Below are positions 1 to 8,694 of a stretch of DNA of 64,000 bases, piece after piece (the stretch's first letter is position 1; every line of letters starts with the position of its first letter). The stretch covers positions 70,184 to 134,183 of the forward strand of contig JAVZJD010000001.1 of the NCBI GenBank assembly GCA_038870975.1, given 5' to 3'. Position numbers and translations under genes: made by a program. Under the pieces are notes generated by a model. It did not search any database. It worked only from the letters and a program-made list of their open reading frames with translations, and was not told the origin of the DNA. The stretch comes from Candidatus Bathyarchaeia archaeon. GTDB taxonomy: Archaea; Thermoproteota; CALKCG01; B24.

Positions 1-111
1 TCGCCCGTTTGAAGATAGGTCAAGCATTCCGCTTCTACTGCATCTTTCCACTTCCCCTGGCCACTATTTCACTTCTCCTATCTTTCATGGGGATATGATG
101 GGGGGTCGAGG

Positions 112-450
112 ATGAAACTCGGGGAAATTTTGAAAGAGACTTTTAAATCACTCTTTAGGAAGCCAGTTACAGTGCAGTATCTTACTAAGCCTGGCGAGGT
201 GGTTCCAGTTCCAGAGCGATATAGGGGCAAGATTATCTATGATAAGGATACGTGCATCGGATGTTTGCTCTGCATAAGAACATGTCCGTCTGGTGCTATA
301 ACCGTAGCTGAAGAAGGGAAAGTATCTTTTAACATCGACCGGTGTATCTTCTGCGGACAGTGTGGAGACACGTGCCCTAGAAAAGCTGTGAAGGTCTCTT
401 TAAACTTTGAAATCGTAGTTTACACGAGAGAGGGTTTAATCGTCAAGTAG
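112..450 (+). CDS. 2x[4Fe-4S] ferredoxin-type subunit (NuoI/MbhN-like) of a complex-I-related hydrogenase; probably the last gene of an operon that begins upstream of the window
   Basis: Two CxxCxxCxxxCP motifs (CIGCLLCIRTCP, CIFCGQCGDTCP). Same 112-aa length and alignable over its full length with the ORF at 41810..42148. Confidence 0.7.
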   Translation: MKLGEILKETFKSLFRKPVTVQYLTKPGEVVPVPERYRGKIIYDKDTCIGCLLCIRTCPSGAITVAEEGKVSFNIDRCIFCGQCGDTCPRKAVKVSLNFEIVVYTREGLIVK

Positions 451-508
451 TGAAATACTTAAATGAGGGGGTTGAAATAACATATATTGCTAGATTGGTG
501 GAGCGTTT

Positions 509-1009
509 TTGTCTAAGTGGAAGGAGATTGTAACTTTAACCCTGAAGGACATAATCTATCGGAATACTGAGCTTCCGCTACTTGAAGATCTACTTGTTGA
601 AAAGTATGGGTTTAGAGTTGTTAGTGATAAAAAACAGGAGCTGTATGAATCGAAGGATGTTTTTCAAATGGATAGAGAGGAGGTTGTTTTTAAGGAGGAG
701 GCTGATGCTTATATACTTACAGAGGAAGTTGAGAGAAAGTATTCCTTGCTGAAGGTTTTAGAAGGGATGTTCTCGGAGGCAAAAATCTCAATATACATAA
801 TGGGTGATGTTCTCTGTAGAGAAGATATAATAGAGGTTGGTGAGGGAGAGTGGCATCGAATATACACGGCAACGTATCAGATGATTAAATTGGTCAGTGT
901 AAGTGGCTATTCAATACAACAATTGATTGAGAGGTTAAAGAGCGACGTTGGGCTTAAAATTGGCTCAACAGAGTGGTCTTTCTATAGACGTATAGAGGCT
1001 GAGGCTTAG
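509..1009 (+). CDS. hypothetical protein (166 aa), no recognisable motifs
   Basis: Long ORF directly downstream of the ferredoxin gene. No family recognised. Confidence 0.35.
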   Translation: MSKWKEIVTLTLKDIIYRNTELPLLEDLLVEKYGFRVVSDKKQELYESKDVFQMDREEVVFKEEADAYILTEEVERKYSLLKVLEGMFSEAKISIYIMGDVLCREDIIEVGEGEWHRIYTATYQMIKLVSVSGYSIQQLIERLKSDVGLKIGSTEWSFYRRIEAEA

Positions 1010-1012
1010 GCG

Positions 1013-2491
1013 CTAGGGCTGTTTGATAAGACTAAAGAGAATATTCGGCTGAATGCCCAATAGAATGGTTATAAGGGCTAGGATTAATGTTGGAAGCCAC
1101 ATTGCCCATGGGATGCCCTTCAAATTGTTTAAACCTTCTGTAGGCTGTCCCAGAAAAATCTGTTGGAAGGAACGTATTAGAATTACTAAAGAGACTATAG
1201 ACATGCATATGAGAAGCATCAGTATTGATAGTGAGAGCATAATTCCCACATGCGGGTATAGGAAGTTGTAGATTGCAGTATAGAGAATCCACTTAGCGTA
1301 GAAGCCGCTTAGAGGAGGAACCCCTGTTATCGAAAAAGCGCAGACAATGTAACTCCACGCCGTATTTTTCATTTTTCCAATTAAACCTCCGAGTGAATTC
1401 ATATCACTAGTCTCAGTGGTTATTAGAACCGAACCGAGACATAGCACTAATCCAGCTTTCATCAACGATGAATTTACTAAGTAAAACTGTCCTGCTGTGA
1501 AACCGAAAGACGTAAACAATCCAAATGGTAGAATCATATGTCCAAATTCCTCTATCGTACAGTAGGCAAACATACGCATGAAGTCTTTCTGGGGAAATGC
1601 CGATAAAACTCCAAAAACTATACATATAAGCCCGATGCCTAAGAGCAGTAAGATGATTGTTTGAGACGGGTAGACGACGTAGAATGGATAGATCAACTTA
1701 TGTAGGGTGAGTATGAAGGCTATCGGCTCTGCCGTGAAGAAACCGTTGATTGTCGGCGGAGAACCGGGGAGTATGTCGGGAACCCACCCGTGGAATGGAA
1801 CAAGTCCTATGTCAGCACCTAGACCGACGATGAAGCATGCAACAATGAGCATCACTAGACGGGGATTCTCCCTGAATAGTTCAGAGTTATCTACTATGGA
1901 TGAAATGTGTGAGTTCTTCGTTAAAATGAAGACTGTGAGGATGCCTAGAAGAACGAATAATGCGCTGACTGCTGTGATGATTAAATATTTAAATGATGCT
2001 TCAGGGGACAGTTTACTTGGATTATGCACCACTAGTACTATTGAAACCCCTATTGTCATTTCAACAAATAAGAAGATTCCAAATATGTCATAGGAGAATA
2101 GAAGCCCCAACATACATACGAGGAAGAGAAGGACGAAGAAGTTGTACATGCTGGGTTTTAAACGGCCCCCCTTCTCAGCTTCAACATTGAAGATTGAAAC
2201 CAAGAGGAAGATTAAGACGATCCCCACTGCTCCAGCTATATTCGTCAAATCGACTTTAAGAGAGAATACGGGCGTCTCTAAAGCCTCGCCTGATAGAACG
2301 TAGGGAACCATCGTCATGACTATCAATAGAGTCAAGCCTGTAGCGAATAGCAATGCTACTTTCTCAATCCTTCTAAAGAACGACTCAAGAAACCTAAATG
2401 GATAGGTGAATAAGCATAAAAACCCTATGAAAGAAGGGACTACTAGAGATAGCAATGGAAGTAAAGAGTACGTCATCCATTCAACCTCCAC
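1013..2491 (-). CDS. Mrp antiporter / complex I NuoN-MrpD-like membrane subunit
   Basis: 492-aa polytopic protein with the NuoL/M/N-family pattern (…FHGWVPD…, many TM helices). Last gene of a four-gene minus-strand operon. Confidence 0.7.
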   Translation of the reverse strand: MEVEWMTYSLLPLLSLVVPSFIGFLCLFTYPFRFLESFFRRIEKVALLFATGLTLLIVMTMVPYVLSGEALETPVFSLKVDLTNIAGAVGIVLIFLLVSIFNVEAEKGGRLKPSMYNFFVLLFLVCMLGLLFSYDIFGIFLFVEMTIGVSIVLVVHNPSKLSPEASFKYLIITAVSALFVLLGILTVFILTKNSHISSIVDNSELFRENPRLVMLIVACFIVGLGADIGLVPFHGWVPDILPGSPPTINGFFTAEPIAFILTLHKLIYPFYVVYPSQTIILLLLGIGLICIVFGVLSAFPQKDFMRMFAYCTIEEFGHMILPFGLFTSFGFTAGQFYLVNSSLMKAGLVLCLGSVLITTETSDMNSLGGLIGKMKNTAWSYIVCAFSITGVPPLSGFYAKWILYTAIYNFLYPHVGIMLSLSILMLLICMSIVSLVILIRSFQQIFLGQPTEGLNNLKGIPWAMWLPTLILALITILLGIQPNILFSLIKQP

Positions 2492-3117
2492 TTAGAGACT
2501 AGAGTAGCCCCATAATCACGATAAGCCTCCATCACTACGAATATCCCTACGAGGTTAACAAAGACCATTAGACCAAGCATAAAGGGAACTAAGCTTATGG
2601 GACTTTCAGCAATCAAGGGATAGAGGGAGTTCTCAGCCATATTCAATCCCACGAGGATTTTCAATGGATCCTTCCTGTAGACTATGGGTATGCTGGAGAG
2701 CAAGAGCATGAGAGCTACAAATGGAAGAACATTGAGTCCTTCTGGGAAGGTGTTTGAAAACCAATATCCTAACGTTAACCATAAAACTGCCAACACTACA
2801 ATTGATATGACAACTTTTCTATCGTGAATTAAGGGTTTCTCCGAGACATCTTCGGTTTTAATCACACCCCAGTAGATGATTAGCGGACTTACAGCAGCAG
2901 ATGTAAACCATTCAACGAAAGCCGCGAGAAAACTGATGAGGGCTTCCATATGTAAACCAGTTATCAACCCTAGGAGACAGTATACCAGCTCTACGAAACC
3001 TATGCTGGCGGCTTGTAAAGCTAAGAAAACTATCGCCCTCTTAGACGTATGGCTAAGCGCTCCTAATGCTGTGAAGAATGTAGATACTATTAGAGACGCT
3101 AGAATGGTTAATTCCAT
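2473..3117 (-). CDS. HyfE/Mrp-like small membrane subunit of group-4 hydrogenase
   Basis: 214 aa, about 6 TM helices. Sits between the NuoL-like and NuoN-like genes. Start and stop overlap the neighbours, suggesting translational coupling. Confidence 0.5.
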   Translation of the reverse strand: MELTILASLIVSTFFTALGALSHTSKRAIVFLALQAASIGFVELVYCLLGLITGLHMEALISFLAAFVEWFTSAAVSPLIIYWGVIKTEDVSEKPLIHDRKVVISIVVLAVLWLTLGYWFSNTFPEGLNVLPFVALMLLLSSIPIVYRKDPLKILVGLNMAENSLYPLIAESPISLVPFMLGLMVFVNLVGIFVVMEAYRDYGATLVSKWRLNG

Positions 3118-3121
3118 AATC

Positions 3122-5107
3122 TCACCCCATTAGAACAGCTATTAATATTACGACCGCCGCACCAGCCATAAATGATATAACTGCTGGAAAATACTGCTGT
3201 TTTATATCTAAGTGAAGCATTTTCACGCAGAATTTAGAAAAGCTTCTTGAAAACTTGTAGTAGATATGGTCGACGTCTAAAGCGTTACAGATGTTATCGA
3301 TTTTCACTAAGTTTGCAAGTACGTGATATAGATGGTAGCTGGATATATGCTCAAGTAGATTTACATCTTCTCCGCAGAGGAAAGGTTTAAGCATTTCCTC
3401 TCTCTTGACGTAAGACCCACGTGTAACTGCACTTCTAGACAAGATGAAAATAACAGCAACAACGATACATGAATATGTTAAAATAGACGCCGTTACTAGG
3501 GTTGGATTCCAAGATCCAGATGCCGTTACTAGATCACCTAATGCTGATGTCAACTTAGCCTCTAAACCCAATTGGTGTAGTGCAGGCAACACTATAAGGT
3601 TGAATACAGACTGAGGGAAGATTCCTACTATGAAGAGGAGTATTGAAAGAAGCACCATTGGGAGTAGCATTAAAACTGGCGCTTCTCGAAGCTCCCTCCT
3701 GTAATCTCGACTTTTACCCAGAAAAATTGCATGAAACATTCTCAGAATGACAATACTCTTTAAAACACTGCCTAGAAATACAGAAACGATGAAGAATGTA
3801 GCTTTCAGCTCTAAAGCAGCATGGATTATCAACCATAATGCAGTGAAATAACCGAGAAATGGGAAACCTAACCAAGAAAGAGCACCTATGCCTCCACAAA
3901 TAGTGGTAATAGGCATGTAATTATGTAAACCACCCATATCGTTCATAGAAGTACTTCCAATACGGTATATCGCTACGCCAGAAGCGAAAAATAGCAAGCC
4001 GCAGAAGAAGACATGAGGAATCATGGCGAATAAACCTGCACCAGTTCCCAAAGGAGAGCCAAATCCAAGTACCATGACAGTGCCTCCTAATGCAGAGATA
4101 TGGCAATATGCAATAACTCTTTTAGTCTCACTTTCCATTAATCCAAAAATCGGTGCTGAGATAAGCGTGATAGCGCCTACTAGAGAAATTATGAAGTTCC
4201 ATATGCTAATGTTGCCGAAAAACACGGCTAATTGCGGAGGAAGTGTGACCGAGGAGTGGATATAGGGTGTGAAGATTTGACCGAAGAACCTTGGAAAAGC
4301 GTAGAGCCCCATTAGAAAACCGACGACGTGAACATAGGCTGTTACAGGGGTTGGTGCTACGGTTGCGTCCGGTAGCCATGTGTGTAAGGGGAATTGAACC
4401 GCCTTTGGCAGGATCCCTATGAAGAGTAGTATCATCGCTATGGTAACGGCTGGGGTTGCGTATATTCTTTGGGTCCACTCGTGGATCTCCCAGGTTGAAA
4501 CAACTGGATATATCGTTATTGCACCTATTAGAAAGCATACTGTGCCTATATGCGTTATGATGAGAGTTTTAAGGGCCGCAGCTCTACACGTTGGGTCTTC
4601 ATGCCAGAACGCGACGAGAACGTAAGAGCAGAGGCTTGATATTTCCCAGAAGATTATGATCATTATCATGTTGCTTGAGAAACAGGCTCCAGTCATCGCC
4701 CCTAAAAAGATCAGCATAAACGCATATGCCCTGTTGAATGTCGGTGAAACTGGTTTATATCTGTTCTCCAAGCTAAGGTATTTGATGGCGAAGGTTTGAG
4801 CTAGTGATGCGAATAATGCCGATAGGAAAGTGGGTATTAGTGCTAAACAATCGATATATACGCTTAGTGAGATCGCCCCAAGTGGTGTATGAGCAAAGGT
4901 TATGGAGCCTGCTACTGGGCCATTCTCCAATATAGTATACGTCAACCCCAATATCAACAGTAGACATATGTAGGACGTTAAAACACATATGGATTTTGCA
5001 ACGACGCCTCCATAGCGTGGAATCGTTGCAATTAGATAAGCTACGATAGCTACTAGAAAGGGTAATAGCTGTACTGTAAACGCCAGTTGAAGCGGGTCAA
5101 GCAACAT
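3122..5107 (-). CDS. NuoL/MrpA/MbhH-like proton-pumping membrane subunit
   Basis: 661 aa polytopic protein with the NuoL-family core (…WLPDA…). Lies in the operon with the NuoC-like and NuoN-like genes. Confidence 0.7.
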   Translation of the reverse strand: MLLDPLQLAFTVQLLPFLVAIVAYLIATIPRYGGVVAKSICVLTSYICLLLILGLTYTILENGPVAGSITFAHTPLGAISLSVYIDCLALIPTFLSALFASLAQTFAIKYLSLENRYKPVSPTFNRAYAFMLIFLGAMTGACFSSNMIMIIIFWEISSLCSYVLVAFWHEDPTCRAAALKTLIITHIGTVCFLIGAITIYPVVSTWEIHEWTQRIYATPAVTIAMILLFIGILPKAVQFPLHTWLPDATVAPTPVTAYVHVVGFLMGLYAFPRFFGQIFTPYIHSSVTLPPQLAVFFGNISIWNFIISLVGAITLISAPIFGLMESETKRVIAYCHISALGGTVMVLGFGSPLGTGAGLFAMIPHVFFCGLLFFASGVAIYRIGSTSMNDMGGLHNYMPITTICGGIGALSWLGFPFLGYFTALWLIIHAALELKATFFIVSVFLGSVLKSIVILRMFHAIFLGKSRDYRRELREAPVLMLLPMVLLSILLFIVGIFPQSVFNLIVLPALHQLGLEAKLTSALGDLVTASGSWNPTLVTASILTYSCIVVAVIFILSRSAVTRGSYVKREEMLKPFLCGEDVNLLEHISSYHLYHVLANLVKIDNICNALDVDHIYYKFSRSFSKFCVKMLHLDIKQQYFPAVISFMAGAAVVILIAVLMG

Positions 5108-5213
5108 TAAACACCTCGAAAATTCCTCCTTTCCTAAAGGAGAAATGTGTTTATATTATTTGCGCTTACATAGTTTTATCGACTGTTGAAATCTCGGTTG
5201 ATTAAGATGGGGT

Positions 5214-5651
5214 TTAAGGCTTCGCACCCTCATGTTTCTGTTTACGTAACGGATGTAAACCCTCTGGCCAGTCGTCAGACAGTATTAAACGCTTTAGCTC
5301 TGGATGCCCTTCAAATTTCACACCGAGTAAATCATGTATCTCACGTTCGTATAATGCGGCTCCAGGAATTATATCTGTAATCGACTGTACCGCTGCAATA
5401 TTGGAGGGGATTTTAATGCTTAAAGTCAGTATTACTCTGCCTTTGCTTAGGTGGTAGAGTAATTCAATTCCATCCTCTACTTCAAGCCCAGTTATTGCAG
5501 ATAAGTGGGTAAAACCCTCCTTCTTCAAAGCCATGATAACATCTTTAACTCTACTAGGGTCTACTTTGGCTGAGACACGGCTATTCCTTGCTGAAACCAC
5601 TATGCTTGAAACATCGGCTATCTGTTTGAGTAAACTGACTACATCCTCCAT
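5214..5651 (-). CDS. NuoC-like (30 kDa) subunit, short form
   Basis: Shares a conserved C-terminal block with 40153..40623 (…IIPGAALYEREIHDLLGVKFEGHPELKRLILSDDWPEGLHPLRK… vs …[44 protein letters not shown]…). First gene of the minus-strand membrane-arm operon. Confidence 0.7.
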   Translation of the reverse strand: MEDVVSLLKQIADVSSIVVSARNSRVSAKVDPSRVKDVIMALKKEGFTHLSAITGLEVEDGIELLYHLSKGRVILTLSIKIPSNIAAVQSITDIIPGAALYEREIHDLLGVKFEGHPELKRLILSDDWPEGLHPLRKQKHEGAKP

Positions 5652-6073
5652 AAACCCTAGGACACCGAGCTTTCTCTTAAAGAGAAACTTTTTTATAAAT
5701 CTCCCGCTTATTCAGTCAAAAATGGCTTATCTCAGTAGTAGGAATATAGCGTATAATTTGAAAAAGCTCTAAGGTGGAAGATTTTAGGTTTTCAGGAACT
5801 CAAATATTTCCCACTTTTAAACCTTGTTTTCACCATGCTCTCATAAGGCTTATAGAGGCGTATGGTAGATTGGAGTCAATAGACATACTACTGTCTGAAG
5901 GCAATTTGCACATTTCCTGTAGTCTCAGGTCCAAGTATATGGAGCTGATGATTGCAAACATTGAGTTTACTCAAACCTTTAATAGCAGTGGTTGAAGAGC
6001 GTAATAATTATATGCGAGGGGGAGATTTAATATCTCTACGCGTAAGATGACTTTTGAGTTGAGGTAGCCTACT

Positions 6074-6463
6074 ATGAGCGTTGAATATTTGATTAAAATC
6101 TCGGAAGACTTTTACGGTAGAGCTCGTAAGGAGTTTGAAGATTCTACCGTTAAGAGGGATATATTGGGTATAAGAGATTCTGCTGAGAAGGCTTGGAATG
6201 CTGTAGTCCAAGCCGTCGATGCATTGATATTAAAGTATGTTGGGAAGATACCGTCGAGCCACTTCGAGAGGAGGAGGATTTTGAGAGAGCTTGAGGAAGC
6301 TGATAGGCGGATTGAAAGCTTGGGGATCTTAGACCGATACATGTCTAGGTATAAAGTCTTACATGGAGAGACATTCTACGAAGGCATAATAGACATAGAG
6401 CAGTTGAAAGTCGAGATGGAGAAAGTCGGAAAACTCATTAAAGATATTAAGAGTCTACTTTGA
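6074..6463 (+). CDS. small all-helical protein, possibly PaREP1/HEPN-like
   Basis: 129 aa, helical and charged (…SAEKAWNAVVQAVDALILKYV…). Lies between an intact HEPN-MNT pair and a decayed MNT remnant. Family assignment is from memory only. Confidence 0.35.
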   Translation: MSVEYLIKISEDFYGRARKEFEDSTVKRDILGIRDSAEKAWNAVVQAVDALILKYVGKIPSSHFERRRILRELEEADRRIESLGILDRYMSRYKVLHGETFYEGIIDIEQLKVEMEKVGKLIKDIKSLL

Positions 6464-6632
6464 AACGCCGCATAGAGCCCATTATTCTCGTTTTTCAGTT
6501 GTAGCGCTTTCATGTAAAGATAAATTTTCGTTCTTAATCTATGGCTTTTATTTAAGGTTATGTCTTCAACGACAGTAAAGGTTTAAAAAGCATATGTCTA
6601 AGAATGATCTCAGAATAATTACGATGAAAATT

Positions 6633-7058
6633 TTAGGTTTTCAGAATCCAAATTCTTCCCAATCTTTTATAGTTCGATTTTAAGATGTTTTTAGCCTCGG
6701 CTATGGTTCCATTCCTATCGTAGATTACAATACCGTCCTCTAATGCATCTAGTATTAAACCCCATCCACCTCTAACAGCGTCTATAAGCTCTTCGGGGGT
6801 TATCCATATGTCTTCAATTAACAAACAGTCCTCCTTAATCTTTAAAGCCATCATCCTCCTCTCAAAGAGGTCTTTTGGAATGCTTTCAGCTACCACTAAA
6901 ACATCTATATCGCTTTCCGGATACGGTTTCTCCAAGCCCTTGGCTAGAGAACCGTAGAGGATTAAGCCTGCGGCTCTACCGTCTCTAAGGACCAGTGTGA
7001 GGTACTTTTTAAGGGCTTCTTCATAGGCTTTAGCCCTTAGTTTCGGAAGATTTAGCAA
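6633..7058 (-). CDS. minimal nucleotidyltransferase (MNT) of a HEPN-MNT toxin-antitoxin-type pair
   Basis: Pol-beta NTase motif GSLAKGLEKPYPESDIDVLVV (GS…DxD). Overlaps the upstream HEPN gene by 7 nt. Confidence 0.75.
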   Translation of the reverse strand: MLNLPKLRAKAYEEALKKYLTLVLRDGRAAGLILYGSLAKGLEKPYPESDIDVLVVAESIPKDLFERRMMALKIKEDCLLIEDIWITPEELIDAVRGGWGLILDALEDGIVIYDRNGTIAEAKNILKSNYKRLGRIWILKT

Positions 7059-7495
7059 TCCATACCACCGATGAGCTTTTTAACTATTTCCAAAACGGCT
7101 TTAGCGTTGTTGATGAGTAGAGCCGTCTTTTCTTCATCGTAGATTTCACTAGGCTTGATTATTCTATCAACCGTCTCCCAGCCGTATCTAGGTAGCGTTC
7201 CCTGGTCTTCCAAAGTTATTGAGTATGAAATCGCTTTGTTCAACAAATCCATATAGTCCTTTTTTAAATCCACCAGCCCACCAGCTATAAGGGACTTGAG
7301 GACTATAGTTGGCTTATGGGTTTTACCAGGATCAAAACCTAAGGCTACTATAACGGCTTTGATAACCTTCTGAGCGCATTGCTCAGCGTGGTAGACAGCG
7401 CTTGGGTAACGCCCGTCCCTATAGTCTCTCTCACAGTCTTTAAATTCATCCTCAGCCATTTCCAGCCAGTCCAACGCTTTTCTACTGACGGGCAT
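7052..7495 (-). CDS. HEPN-domain protein, partner of the MNT
   Basis: 147-aa helical protein in the canonical position upstream of, and overlapping, the MNT gene. N-terminal region is HEPN-like. Confidence 0.6.
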   Translation of the reverse strand: MPVSRKALDWLEMAEDEFKDCERDYRDGRYPSAVYHAEQCAQKVIKAVIVALGFDPGKTHKPTIVLKSLIAGGLVDLKKDYMDLLNKAISYSITLEDQGTLPRYGWETVDRIIKPSEIYDEEKTALLINNAKAVLEIVKKLIGGMDC

Positions 7496-7616
7496 CGATT
7501 ACTTTATAGGCGGTTTAGAATTTAAGTTTTCACCAGATTAATAACCGTAGGATGAGCGTTTGCCACATCGGGAGTGGGGAAAAAATGGGGGATTAGCCCT
7601 ATTATGCCCGGTTTAT

Positions 7617-8678
7617 TTATGCTACTTTCTTACGCAGTGTTAAGAGTGCATAGATTGCGATTCCTAAGGCTATTATTGCGATAACTATTGCTCCGTATGC
7701 TGCTCCGCTTATTCCGCCTACGGAGCCTTCGACGTTGCTGACTCTTCTGGAGAGTGCATCTATACTATCTCGTAGCGCATTGACCGAGTCCCTTAGACTT
7801 CTCACATCGCTCAGTAGCGATTCTATATTCGTCTCAGCCGTGAGGAGCCTTGAAGTTATGCCTGTGATCGAGCCTTTAATTGCATCCATATCCGTCTTCA
7901 ACGTTCCAACAGTAGTTCCGAGGTCTCTGAGTGTTTTGTTGAGAGAATCCAGTGACTTATTGAGTGATTCTATTTCTGAAATTAGCTTTGATAAAGCTGG
8001 AGGAGTGTCTACAATAACTACTTTAAGCGTTTTACTCACTATGGTGCCGTCTTCACCAGTTGCCGTGATAGTTACCAAATAGGTCCCCTTCGTAGCTTCA
8101 AGCGACGCTGTCACTACTGCGATTGAGCTGAAGCTTGGCGTACCAGTTGCGTTTATGAATTCTACGGATAAGTTTTCAACGGTCGTAGCGGTTAGAGCCA
8201 CTTTGTAAGTATATGCACCTACTGCGTCGACCTGGATGTTCACGGAGTCGTAGAGACCTATGGGTACTGTTGCTGTCTCAGGAGTCAGCGTCACTGTGAA
8301 TGTTGGAGCTGATGAAGCGGTGAACGACGTAGTTTTAGAAACGCCTCCATATACGGCCTTGACCGTGTAGGTTCCTGTAGGTAGGGTTTCAGCGAGTCTG
8401 AAGCTCGTCGTGTAGCTTCCGTCGGTACCTGTTTTAACAACGTCTGCAAACCTTAACGTCCCAGCTGGGTCTCTAACCTCAACGTTCACGTAGACGTTGG
8501 CTTTAGCCACGTTGTCTTCCTTAACCGTGCCGCTTATTGTTACGACTTGACCTAAGAGGTACGATGATTTATCCGTCGTGACTGTTACCGTTATGACTGC
8601 TGCTGTCGCTGGAGTCGCTAAAAGTAGCAAAGCCACTAGAAGTAACGGCAGGATTTTAAGAGCGATACTAGACCTCAT
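7617..8678 (-). CDS. SlaB-like S-layer anchor/stalk protein: signal peptide, Thr/Val-rich beta domain, coiled coil, C-terminal TM anchor
   Basis: N-terminal MRSSIALKILPLLLVALLLLATPATAAV, then a T/V-rich region, then heptad-repeat coiled coil (SLNKSLDSLNKTLRDL…), then a C-terminal TM helix (AIVIAIIALGIAIYALLTL) followed by RKKVA. Directly downstream of the large secreted protein. Confidence 0.55.
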   Translation of the reverse strand: MRSSIALKILPLLLVALLLLATPATAAVITVTVTTDKSSYLLGQVVTISGTVKEDNVAKANVYVNVEVRDPAGTLRFADVVKTGTDGSYTTSFRLAETLPTGTYTVKAVYGGVSKTTSFTASSAPTFTVTLTPETATVPIGLYDSVNIQVDAVGAYTYKVALTATTVENLSVEFINATGTPSFSSIAVVTASLEATKGTYLVTITATGEDGTIVSKTLKVVIVDTPPALSKLISEIESLNKSLDSLNKTLRDLGTTVGTLKTDMDAIKGSITGITSRLLTAETNIESLLSDVRSLRDSVNALRDSIDALSRRVSNVEGSVGGISGAAYGAIVIAIIALGIAIYALLTLRKKVA

Positions 8679-8694
8679 TGTCTACTCCTCCCTC

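Noticed and set aside
1707-2190. Plus-strand ORFs of 128 and 65 aa
   Set aside because: They are antisense within the NuoN-like membrane subunit gene. The NuoN-like gene clearly occupies the coding frame.
5774-5995. 73-aa plus-strand ORF (MEDFRFSGTQ…)
   Set aside because: It overlaps the region that reads as a decayed MNT gene on the opposite strand. No recognisable family. Probably non-coding.
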